64,000 nt of DNA from positions 29,078,001 to 29,142,000 of the forward strand of contig OX442314.1 of assembly GCA_949358305.1 (NCBI GenBank). Direction: 5' to 3'. A program made the position numbers and the translations under genes. The notes beneath the pieces are model-generated. The model did not search any database and was not told the DNA's origin. It worked only from the letters and a program-made list of their open reading frames with translations. Origin of the DNA: Strigamia acuminata (lineage: Eukaryota). Within the stretch, counting starts at the first letter, position 1. Each line of letters starts with the position of its first letter. Shown piece after piece: positions 37,444-49,048 of this stretch.

Positions 37444-38407
37444 CTACCAGGGTCTCCAAACGGGTTCCGCGTCCGTTTTCGGTCGTTCTATGTGTTCGTT
37501 TCTGTTACAGTCATTGAAAAACGACTGAAAGTTTGAGTTGGTCGTCGAGCACGGCACCACGAATGCGATTTCTCCAGTTGTTAGACGACTGGGTATTAGC
37601 GGTAGACCGGGAAAAATGGAACTGTTGCTGAATGGAGCGTTTCCCATCGTGTTGTTGGCGTGGACGTCGGCTGCGGTGGATTTGGATTCATCGTTCGGCT
37701 GCGGTGTCCACGGTTCGCTGCTGCGGACGTTGCTCAAGCACTTTGTCAAGTGGTGCAGCAAGTGCATGCGGTCGTCCTTGCTTAAACCGTCCAGTTGGTC
37801 CATGCACAGCGACACTTGGTGCAAACATTCGGTAAATCCGGCCATGTATTTGCTGACGGACGAAACTGCGAATAATATTTAGTGTTTTTAGTATAAAAAT
37901 GTTAATTTGTGGTGGGAAAATGTTGATTTCTACCTGATGTTTTTTGGGTTTGTAAATTCTGCAGGTGGTTGACGGCCATTTCTAAAATATCCGCCTTTTC
38001 CAGTTTGTTGTAACGAGTGTTCTAAATTCGAAGAAATAAAATTAATTCCCGCTATTTGTGAGCTCGGAATAGCAAAACGAACCTCTTTTCGTGTCGAATC
38101 TACCACGAGGTTCTTCAATTCGGCCAAACTGTGATTAATTCGAGCTCTTCTGCGTTTTTCCATCAACGGTTTCGAGCTCTGTAGAGAAATTAAAATTTTT
38201 TTTAGAAAAAAAAAATAAATCCTTGATAGATAAGTTGCAGATACCGGAAAGAGAAAGAGTTGCACTTCGGAAGAGAGCGGAAGAGAAATGAGAGATGATT
38301 TATGGTTGTTATTGGAGCGAGACGTGAGATGGCGGCGTGTGTAACTGTGTACTTACTCTTCTCGTTATTCCCTCCATGAGTTTGAGTTGGGGCTTCTCTG
38401 CTGGCAT
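37444..38407 (-). CDS. HES: Hairy/Enhancer-of-split (HES) bHLH-Orange repressor, ~218 aa
   Basis: Exons 38407-38357, 38178-38083, 38021-37934, 37865-37444. bHLH KPLMEKRRRARINHSL...KLEKADILEMAVNHL, Orange domain YMAGFTEC, C-terminal WRPW. AATAAA at ~37355. The exact ortholog (hairy/deadpan/HES1) is not resolved. Confidence 0.95.
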
Positions 38408-38620
38408 GTTTCTCACACGCTTCTCAAATGCTTACTGACACACGCTCCGTCGCGTGGCTCGACTAAAGTGTGACGCCGAATGGGTGGGGCAGGAAACGGT
38501 GCGCATGCGCCTAGCTGCAAGCCTGCTGGAGGGTAGTTTGACCAATGACACCCCGCACGTGCTTGGACAGTGCCTGGCGCCAGGGCACGGCCGGGGCGGG
38601 TTTTTAGGGATGGTTATTGC
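38408..38620 (-). promoter_or_regulatory. HES proximal promoter/5'UTR with Su(H)-like site and bHLH-repressor sites
   Basis: GTGAGAA (minus, 38410-38416), class-C CACGCG (minus, 38451-38456), GCACGTGC (38555-38562), TGCGCATGCGC (~38500), CCAAT and GC boxes. GC-rich island. Confidence 0.6.
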
Positions 38621-38689
38621 TTATTACACCGCTTGATGACATTTTCGGTTATTTGTTGATTTTGGGTTTAAAGAAATTGGTTTTGAGTG

Positions 38690-39430
38690 AAATAAATTGG
38701 TTTTCCACCTAAATAGATTGATTTTGAACGTATGGAAATTGATTTTGAATGCATAGAAATTGATTTTGAATGTAAATAAATTCATTTTGAATGTAAATAA
38801 ATTCATTTTGAATGTAAATAAATTCATTTTGAATGTAAATTATTTCATTTTGAATGTAAATAAATTCATTTTGAATGTAAATAAATTCATTTTGAATGTA
38901 AATAAATTCATTTTGAATGTAAATAAATTCATTTTGAATGTAAATAAATTCATTTTGAATTTAAGTAAATTCATTTAAGTGTAAATAAATTGAATTAAGT
39001 GTAAATAAATTTATTTAAGTGTAAATAAATTCATTTTGAATGTAAGTAAATTCATTTAAGTGTAAATAAATTGAATTAGTGTAAATAAATTGAATTTAGT
39101 GTAAATAAATTGAATTAAGTGTAAATAAATTGAATTTAGTGTTAATAAATTGATTTAAGTGTACATAAATTTAATTAAGTGTAAATAAATTAATTTTTAG
39201 TGTAAATAATTTGATTTTAAGTGTAAATAAATTGATTTCAAGTGCAAATAAATTGATTTTAAGTGTAAATAAATTGATTTCAAGTGTAAATAAATTGATT
39301 TTAAGTGCAAATAAATTGTTTTAAGTGTAAATAAATTGATTTTAAGTGTAAATAAATTGATTTCAAGTGTAAATAAATTGATTTTAAGTGTAAATAAATT
39401 GATTTCAAGTGTAAATAAATTGATTTTGAT
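38690..39430. repeat. 20-21-bp minisatellite (TGTAAATAAATTCATTTTGAA)n
   Basis: About 35 units directly upstream of the HES promoter. Confidence 0.95.
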
Positions 39431-41929
39431 TTTGACTAACAAGTAAGTAAATTTATTTGAAGTAAAATTATGCAAATTTTATTGCTCATTTTTGCTTTTC
39501 TTGTAGATTTTTCTTCTTCCTGCGGATTTCCACAGACCGGAAGTGGATTGATATAGAATATGCACTTGGTTTATGCATCTAAGCCGTGGATCTTTGAGAG
39601 ATCTTTATGCAACTGGTTTTATCCTATTCCTAACCAAGTGGTTTATTCCCCTTCTCTGCAACTGCAAAAGGGTGAAAGGTTGCTAAGCAGTGGGTGAATG
39701 TGTGCAGACCATTGACAAAATGGCTTTTCTTATCTCAAAGATTTATCTTGACAAGTTGAGCCATATCTACTAAGTTTTTTTTTTCTTTACTAGTTTTCTA
39801 CCAAAACAGAACTCAATTATATATTTAGAAAGGAATCAAGGGAAATGGAAGTTGCATTGGATAAAAGTGAGTTACAATCTTTTGCTTTGCTTGCTCCCCT
39901 TCTCCTTATCACTCCTCTTGTCCACTGTTTATTCCATTCTTATCACACAGTTAAGTGAACTTTTATGTCCAATATGTGGCAGGTGTTGGTTTGTCAACAG
40001 GTCAAAGTCTATTTCCAAAGATTTTCTCTAATTTTCTTCATTATGTGCTTCAAAAATGCATCGAAATAAAATTATATTGAGTTTCATGTAAAACATTTTT
40101 GGATTGCAAATGCATTACAAAATGCATTCCCAATATGAATGCATTTTCAAAATGCATTTTTTTCAATTCTATTATGAAATGCATTATTTAATGTACAAAT
40201 AATATACTTAATTCTTCGAAATGCTATACATTTTGGAATGCGTTAAGCGAAAAGCAATATATTGTAATATACCGGTATATATATGTATAATTTCCAAGAT
40301 GGCTGCTCCCAAGTCTGTTTTGATAAGTGTCCGCATACTCTTTCTTGTAATTCTCTATTTTATCAATTAATTCACTCCATACTTCATCATTATCATTAAA
40401 TATAACTTTCGCGTTCATATTTAACATACATTTAACATTATATTTACTTAACGCGTTAAATATAAATTTACACTTCGTATTTACTTACATTTAAATTTTG
40501 TAAATATGAAATTTCAAGCAGTGATCTCTCTGAGTTGTTTTAATTTGATCTCTGTCCCAAATCGGAATACAATCATAACGTAAATCATAACGTAAATGTT
40601 CGATGCGATATTTTTTTCCTCTTTTTCCTCTATCCAACAAACCAATACCGAAACTAGGTCTTCTAAGCCTATTCATGGCTGAGTTGTTTATCAAAGGGCA
40701 CGCCCAATTGTCAAATGTATGGACTTCATGCTTAGTTACCAACCCCTAGTTACTATGGTGACCAGCAAGAAGGCTGGCAAGCATTAAATTGATAACTGCC
40801 TAAGAAAGTTTTATGAGACCGTAAAAGAGGAAAAGGAAAAAAAAATGACATCTTTATCCCAAAAGATCAATTTTTATTGCTTAAAAAATACAAGATGTCT
40901 GGAGGTTTATTTGTGAGAGTCTAAGCCGCTAAGATTGATATACAAGTGTGGAAATGTGTGGAAAATCATAATTGCGATCTCTCAAGTGGAGATTTCCCAC
41001 ATATACGGACTCGTACGCGGAGTTTGGGGCTCGGTAAGCCGCAGAATGTTGGTTGACAAGATCCAAATAAAGAAAACTCGTCCCATAATAACACTGTCCA
41101 CACGCATTTACGTTGCTTGACTGCTTCGTCTGGGGATTCTTCCATGCCATCTTCTTCAAAGACCGAGTAATCAGGCGTGGGCTATTGGATTTCTGAGTCA
41201 CAGAAAAGTTCCAAAAAATATGTTTTTGCACAAAAAAATTCGCCGAGGGGTTGTGAACCGTGAAATATGTAGTTCAAGTGGATTAATTGATTATGGGATT
41301 GGATTTGAAAGCGAAAGTCATTTTTTTGTAAATTTTTTTTTTGGGGGGGAGGGGGGAGGTTGGGGGGGTTGGTATTTTTTTTTTTTTTTGGTGTTGGTCA
41401 GTGGGTTATTGGTTCACCTGCTGATTGACAAAGGTTGAAGTGTATAATGAGGTTGTGTTGGGGAAGAGAGTTTGCTTCCAAGGTCGATGTTTGCCATCTG
41501 GAGAAAAAATTATTCTGCATCCCAGAACTTGCATTTAATCTTGAATACATGTGATAAGATTACAAGAGGATTTGGGTGGGCTCTGGTGAAATAAAGGGAA
41601 ATAGCGAGTTTTAGGTAAGACGCTTTTTCGAGGGGTATTTTGTATGTGGGTTGTTTGGGAAGGAAAAGTGGTTGACCTGAATTTGGGAGTTTTTGGATGG
41701 GGAAAAGTTGCAATGTTCGTGCGTTAAATGATAAACAATGGATGTGTTTGGAGTCATAGGTATGGTGATGATGGGAGGCCTATTGTTTTTTTTTTTCCTA
41801 TATCTCTTTTATGGAAGTTTGGTGCAGTGTTTGGTGTAGTTTTTGTTGAATTTTTGTTGTGTATTTTTTATAGCATTTTTGTCTGCTTTTTGAAATATTT
41901 TTGCTTAATTTTGCTACCACTTTAAAATG

Positions 41930-42450
41930 ATTTATGTGCACTTTATTTTATTGTGTGCAATTGTTATGCATATTTTATTTAAATTTTGTGCAATTATAAT
42001 GTACATTTTATTGCAATTTTGTGCAATTTTATTGCAATTTTGTGCAATTTTATTGCAATTTTGTGCAATTTTATTGCAATTTTGTGCAATATTGTGCAAT
42101 TCTTATGCACATTTTATTGCAATTTTGTGCAGTTTTGTGCAATTTTTATGCACATTTTATTGCAACTTTGTGCAATTTTTATGTACATTTTATTTTATTG
42201 TGTGCAATTGTTATGCATATTTTATTTAAATTTTGTGCAATTATAATGCACATTTTATTGCAATTTTGGGCAATTATAATGCACATTTTATTGTAATTTT
42301 GTGCAATTTTTATGCACATTTTTTTCCAATTTTGTGCAATTTTTATGCACATTTTTTTCCAATTTTGTGCAATTTTTATGCACATTTTATTGCAATTTTG
42401 TGCAACTTTATGCAATTTTATTTCATTGCAATTTTGTGCAATTTTTATGT
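41930..42450. repeat. 21-bp-based minisatellite (TTTTATTGCAATTTTGTGCAA)n
   Basis: Tandem 10/11-bp subunits. Confidence 0.95.
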
Positions 42451-43579
42451 AGTATTTATGTTACCTTTAATAATATCTTAGGTATTGTCTCTACAATCTA
42501 TAAAAACCATTTCTTTGCATTGTTATGCACAATTTTCACACTCGTTTTCAACTTTCCAAACAATTTTCACACTCGTTTTTAATTTTCCAAACAATTTTTA
42601 ATTTTTTCCAAAAACCTTTAAAAAAACATTTCCCATTTTTAACATCCATAAACCCCCCCCCCCCCCCTCACCACACATCTCCACCACTTAACCCACCTTA
42701 CAAATCTTCCTCCCAGCTCAACCAAACCACTCAAATCACCCACTATAACCAACACCAACTCCAACAACAAAACTCCAAAAGGGAGCAACGCACATCACAG
42801 TGCAAATCAACCTTTAAACCTATCCCAACCAACCTTGTATGAAGTACATCTCAACACAAACCGACCTATAACCCCAGTCTCTCACAGAAAGCCCAAACTC
42901 ACTTGTTGTAACCCTTGCATTTAAACTTGCACCCCTTTCACCTGACAAGCTGATCACAAACTGCCAACTCTTTACCCTGACATGCCATTAAACATCCATT
43001 TACTTTTTTATACCCCCTGCCTCACTCTGTATGTCAACTGTGGTTTGCCTCCGCTGATGCCGACAAGAAAGGATTGCGTTTTTTTTTACCCCTTCCCCAA
43101 CGGGGTGACGGAAAGAGGTAGATTTTTTTTCTTTTGGGGGAGAGGGGGTTGTGAGTGAGACTTGGTTGCTAAGCGTTGACGACCTGAAGGAGGTTATAGG
43201 GGGATTTAAAATAGATGGGAGAGGGGTGAGTCCGGTCCAGACATGAAGATTTACGGTGTGAAACTTGGTGTGAAATCTGTGGATTGAAATGCAAAGTGAG
43301 GAATGTTAAATGTTAGACGTTGGGTGCAAATCTGGACGTTTGGAGACGGTTTTTGTGGAGGGTTTGGAAAGTGGATGTGTTTCATGTGCCGACAGTGTGG
43401 AGAAATTGTTTTAGGGTGGTGTGTTCAATGTTTGTGTTGTGGCAATTGAAATTCGTGGGTTTTCGTTTAACAAATTTGTTAAACGAAAACCCACGAATGA
43501 AAGTTTTTAGTCTCGGAATGAATTATTCGATCATGGGATGAATTTTTTTAGTTTAAAAATATTTTTTTTTGATTGAAAT

Positions 43580-44170
43580 AATGAATTTCTGATTTAAAAG
43601 ATAAATTTCTGGTTCAAAAAATGAATTTCTGATTCAAAAATGAATTTCTGGTTCAAAAATGAATTTCTGGTTCAAAAATGAATTTCTGGTTCAAAAATGA
43701 ATTTCTAGTTCAAAAAGTGAATTTCTGGTTCGAAAAATGAATTTCTGGTTCAGAAAATAAATTTCTGGTTCAAAAAATGAATTTCTGGTTCAAAAAATAA
43801 ATTTCTGGTTCAAAAAATGAATTTTTAGCCCAAAAACTGAAATTTTTAGTTCAAAAAATAAATTTTTAGCCCAAAAACTGAAATTTTTAGTCCAAAAACT
43901 GAAATTTTTAGCCCAAAAACAAATTTTTAGCCCAAAAACTGAAATTTTTAGCTAAAACTGAAATTTTTAGCCCAAAAACTGAAATTTGTAGCCCAAAAAC
44001 TGAAATTTGTAGCCCAAAAACTGAAATTTGTAGCCCAAAAACTGAAATTTGTAGCCCAAAAACTGAAATTTTTAGCCCAAAAACTAAAATTTTTAGCCCA
44101 CAAACTGAAATTTTTAGCTCAAAAACAGAAATTTTTGACCCAAAAAAATAAACTTCTGCTCCAAAAAATT
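43580..44170. repeat. 20-22-bp minisatellite (AAAAATGAATTTCTGGTTC / AAAAACTGAAATTTTTAGCCC)
   Basis: Two related unit types in succession. Confidence 0.95.
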
Positions 44171-45589
44171 AAATTTTTCCCATTTCAATGTCTCCCACTG
44201 GATCCCACAAACACTAATAAAAACACCAACTTCAAACGTCCCCAACAAAACCTAAGCCAAATCCTAAAACGTAAAAAACTCCAGAAAACAAATTCCAACA
44301 GTTAAAAAATTAAATTCCCATCCAACCCACTAAAAATCATCAATTTATTTCCACCAAACCAGAACCCATCGCCATAAATCAACATCCCAACACACCAAGA
44401 ATGCAGATACCAATAACAGATAACCCATTCTAAAATCGATTTATTTTCAGCAGCTGGCTGCGCCGACACACCTATAAAAAGGGCTTGGAAGCAAAGGGCT
44501 TTTGTCGATCAAACCCTTGCTTACTACGAGCTCACATTGTTTCCTAGTCATGCAGGTTAAGTCATCACATCATGGCTGCTACATTAAGCTTGAATCGCTC
44601 GCCGGACTGGCGTTACTGCGACTAGTCCGAGTGAATGGCCGTTCAGCCCCGAAATGGCCTCGCGCATTCATTCGCGGGGCTGGCACCGCGCTCGGAGGGC
44701 GGGGAACTCTTATTCAAAGTCGGCACTATGGACCCATTGAACGGCCCCTGCAGGTCAGACTAGGCGTCATGGGCATCAGTTACAGGTGTCGCGAGACAAA
44801 GTGCGAATTGCCATCCACTGGACAAAGGCCAATGGCTAAACTAATCACATTCACATTGCAGCGTGAGTTCCTATGGAGTTTTAAGGTTAAAGGGGGGGGA
44901 AATGGCGAAATAATAATAATACAATTTGTCACCGTCGGGGACGCATAAACTGCGAGAAATCGCCACTAAATCGCGCTTATTTATTTCGTATTTTTGTTTA
45001 AGTGTATCATTAGCCACCAGGTGTCTTGCGTGTACACTCGGCACCTTGCCCCCCTGTGAATTGCACGTGTGGCTCGCCGACTCGCGACCCCCGCTGTGTA
45101 CACGATAGGTTTCGGATTGTAAATTTTGTCGTTTGGCGCGCTATTTGTTTATTCCTTGTCGGCACGACTTGACAAAACAAAAAGGGTCCTCGAATGTGGA
45201 TTGTTTCATCCTCCGACATTTTTTTTTTTATTTTTTTTATTTTTTTTTTTAGATTTTTTGTTATTTATTTTATTTTTGGGAGATGATTGGTTAAGCTGGC
45301 GTTAACCCTTTAGTAACTGGAGAACTGTGTGTGCATTCTGTATTCAAAGGGGTTTTAAAGGGTTGTTCGGGTGGCCACTGTCACGGGGCCACGGACATGA
45401 TGAATGACGACTAAGGTGGTGAATGCATCAAAATGTTTGTGTCTTCAAGTGAAAACTCATGGTCGTGTGACCGATGGCTTTGGTTTGTGTGCGGATTCAA
45501 AGGGTTGTGCGATGTCATCTCGAGGTATGGAGGGAATCGAGAGTTGGCGGCTCTATAGCTCGATGCTGGTGCTCTGCTGCACCTTCCAC

Positions 45590-46175
45590 AATTAAACTTG
45601 TGTGTCTAAAAATTAAACTTTTGTGTCTAAAATAGCAATTATGGGTCTAAAAATTAAACTTTTGTGTCTAGAATAGCAATTATGAGTCTAAAATAGCAAT
45701 TATGAGTCTAAAATAGCAATTATATGTCTAAAATAGCAATTATATCAATATGACTAAAATAGCATTTTTGGGGCTAAAAATTAAACTTTTGTGTCTAAAA
45801 TAGCAATTATATGTCTAAAATAGCAATTATATCAATATGACTAAAATAGCATTTTTGGGGCTAAAAATTAAACTTTTGTGTCTAAAATAGCAATTATGGG
45901 TCTAAAAATTAAACTTTTGTGTCTAAAATAGCATTTATGGATCTAAAAATTAAACTTTTGTGTCTAAAATAGCAATTATGGGTCTAAAAATTAAACTTTT
46001 GTGTCTAAAATAGCAATTATGGGTCTAAAAATTAAACTTTTGTGTCTAAAATAGCATTTATGGGTCTAAAAATTAAACTTTTGTGTCTAAAATAGCAATT
46101 ATGGGTCTAAAAATTAAACTTTTGTGTCTAAAATAGCATTTATGGATCTAAAAATTAAACTTTTATGTCTGAAAT
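45590..46175. repeat. 21/22-bp (43-bp higher-order) minisatellite
   Basis: GTCTAAAAATTAAACTTTTGT alternating with GTCTAAAATAGCAATTATG. Confidence 0.95.
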
Positions 46176-46877
46176 TTATTTTTGCAAATTTGAGCACCTA
46201 TAAAAAGTTCACTGTTTAAAACCAGTCCACCGATGGGGGCCCCATCCCCAAGATACCTGTATCTAGGGGCCCCCAGATAGCATTGGCCCAATAATTCATT
46301 CAATGTTTAACCTTCCTCCATCCAAATGTTTTATTCATACAGTATTTCATGGTCACTCCACAACCATATCTATCAGTCACATCTCTTTGTCACTTCTGTT
46401 GTGGATAGGATGTTATAAAAACATACTTTCTGAATAAAATTCAAGTCATGCTTTGCGAACCACGAATCAAAAACGATGACAAATTTCCTGCATTATTATT
46501 ATTATTACTCAAAATTTCTCTAGAGTAAAAACACTCAACCGTGTGTTATCCAAAAGTAAAAGGATTACCAAACCCCGCAGTGAAAACCACCATGAATTGC
46601 TTAGTCATAGTGACTTATTTAACACTGATTGCCAGCCTAAACAGCAGAGACAAAACTTTATTTTCAGCTGCACAAGATGACGAGTAAATACAAATTAGTT
46701 TTTGTGATTTAAAAGTGTAATTAACTCTACTTTTTCCATTTTTTTCCCCACAGAGCGAGTGAATTCAATGTATGTATACTGTATACTTTTAAACCAATAC
46801 ATACTAATACATTTCTATACTTGAAAGGGCTGTTATAACATGTCTGCATACAACAAAGCTGTGAGTACGCAGATTTA

Positions 46878-47302
46878 AAGAGTGTCCCAAAATTAACGCA
46901 AGATTTGAATTAAATAGAAAACACAGTTTTTAGTCTTTCTTATTTTTTTTATTGAATCATAAAGTACATAAGATAGGATTATTTATGGAATAACACGTCG
47001 GGCAAATGGCCTCCACGGCTTTGCTGGCAATTCTGATCACCGAAACGAGAGTACACGACCAGGAAATGTCTCATGCAGTAATTGAATTGTTTCGCGGGCT
47101 GTATTGCATGTGGCACCGTCTTGTTGAAACCACATATTGGCCACATCAATATCATCCAATTTCGGCAGAAAGAACTGTGTAACGCTCCATTTTTACTAAC
47201 CCTAAACTCTCAGCTGTCAAATTATTTTTTTTCTGGGTTGCCAACAATTTAGTGCACAAATGGCGGCAAATTCAAATCTTGCGTTAATTTTGGGACACCC
47301 TT
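46878..47302 (-). mobile_element. Internally deleted Tc1/mariner-superfamily element, copy 1
   Basis: TIR AAGGGTGTCCCAAAATTAACGCAAGATTT, TA TSD, and a transposase fragment NMWFQQDGATC..ARETIQLLHETFPG on the minus strand. Confidence 0.9.
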
Positions 47303-47641
47303 TATATTGATATTTTCCTTTAATTCATGTTTCTGATTGCAGCGTTCATCAACAGCAACTCTGAGAACTGACATGAAAGCTAGAATCGGTGCAAAATGCG
47401 AAACTTCTGTATATATTTATTTCAAAGTATTGTTTGGTTTTTAATTTTTCTTTTGCACATTTTGTAGGCAAATTACGACAACTGTGTAAAGGATGAGGTA
47501 ATTATGGTTTAAATTTTCAATTTTTGATAAATTGCTTTTATTCCTTGATTAGGTTATGAAAACTATAACTCCAGCATCGTTTAAAAAACAAGTGAATACT
47601 TTCTTGCTCGACCTATCAGTATGAAATTCATTTCATTTGTA

Positions 47642-48485
47642 CAGGGTGGGCCAAAAGTCACGAAAATCACGAAAATCATGGCGAGCACAACTGTTGACGA
47701 ATCAAGTCATAACTATAACATGTTATAGTACGACACAATAATGCTTCAATGCTAAAGTTTCGTTTCGATTCGTCAACAGTTGTGCTCGCCACGATTTTTC
47801 GAAAAATAGTTGTTGTCTACCCCTTTACATAGCTCCATTACGCCTTTTTTTGAGGGCTTTGGAGACCCATACATCCAATTTAGAAAGGTTTCCTGGGATA
47901 TAGACGATCTCAAATCTGTTTAGTTTTTAATTTTATCTCATTCTGTTCACAAGTTATGAGAAATATTGTAAATAGTCACTTTTTGGAGTTTTTAATTTTT
48001 TTCTCTTCAACTATTCATTTTTTTTCAAAAAACTTTTAACGAAATGATAGCTCTAACAATCCTTTAAATCCTCTTAAAACCATTTTTACTTATGAGAAAT
48101 AGTTTCTGAGAAATTTCAAATATTAAAAGTTCCAAAAATAAGAATATGACATTTTTTTGGCAAGGAGTTGTATACTCTTGTTCGACTCAAGATGGCCCCT
48201 AACTCTCATTGGTCGAGCCATTTTACTACTAGCTCCAGACTGTATACTACCACTAAGAGAAGTAGTTTTGACTTTTATTTATTTCTGCGATTCTTTTTAT
48301 CATTTAAGTTAATATAATTTTGATTTTGATAGTAAAATTCCCAATTTGTGTTCGCTGTTGGGTCGTGAATTTCTCCATGATTAATCTCCTAAGTCTTCTT
48401 TATAAAATAGTTAAAGAACAAATTTAAAAAATTTATTTTAAATAAAAGTTATTGCAGCTCGGTTCATGACTTTTGGCCCACCCTG
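47642..48485. mobile_element. Tc1-like MITE with TA TSD
   Basis: TIR CAGGGTGGGCCAAAAGTCA(C/T)GAA with TA flanks. Internal ~25-bp inverted repeat at 47678-47703 / 47769-47793. Confidence 0.9.
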
Positions 48486-49048
48486 TACAATAAGCAGTAT
48501 GTTAATTTTCTGGCATTTTATTTTAACCAGGCAAAGCTAACTCTTGGTAATATAGTTGATAGCTGTTTCTCCGGCAATAAGAGAGTAAAGTTAACCAATA
48601 ATTTTAATTTTAAAAAATAATAATTCTGCATACATTTTTTTTTGGTGCAGGAATTCTATTCTTGTTATTTGACAGGATTGAAAAGAGTATGTGAAACAAT
48701 GTGAGAAATTTTAAAAAATTACTTAATTTTTGTCATGTTTTACATTTAGACTTGTCCTGAATTGGCAGGCTTCGTTGACTCCGTAATAGCAACTAAACCT
48801 TGGTATTTTAGTTAAAACTATGTATTCCTGTTCCTGACATTTCCGCTATCAACCGACTCTTAATCTGTTTTTACAAGCCCTAATTATCCCTGTGTATTTA
48901 GCTAATTTATTTGCTGATAAACAAAAATAAAATCTTTGCAGTGAAGTGAAACTTTTTCAATGGGCAGCAATTTCTAAAACCAGTGAAGAAATATAAAATG
49001 GTGCTCCATTAACTCCATTAACACTTTGAATAAAATGCTGTAAAAACA

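Noticed and set aside
38624..39475. Repetitive ORFs (ILNVNKF)n and similar ORFs at 41927-42582 and 53216-53709
   Set aside because: By-products of 21-bp minisatellites, open in several frames and on both strands.
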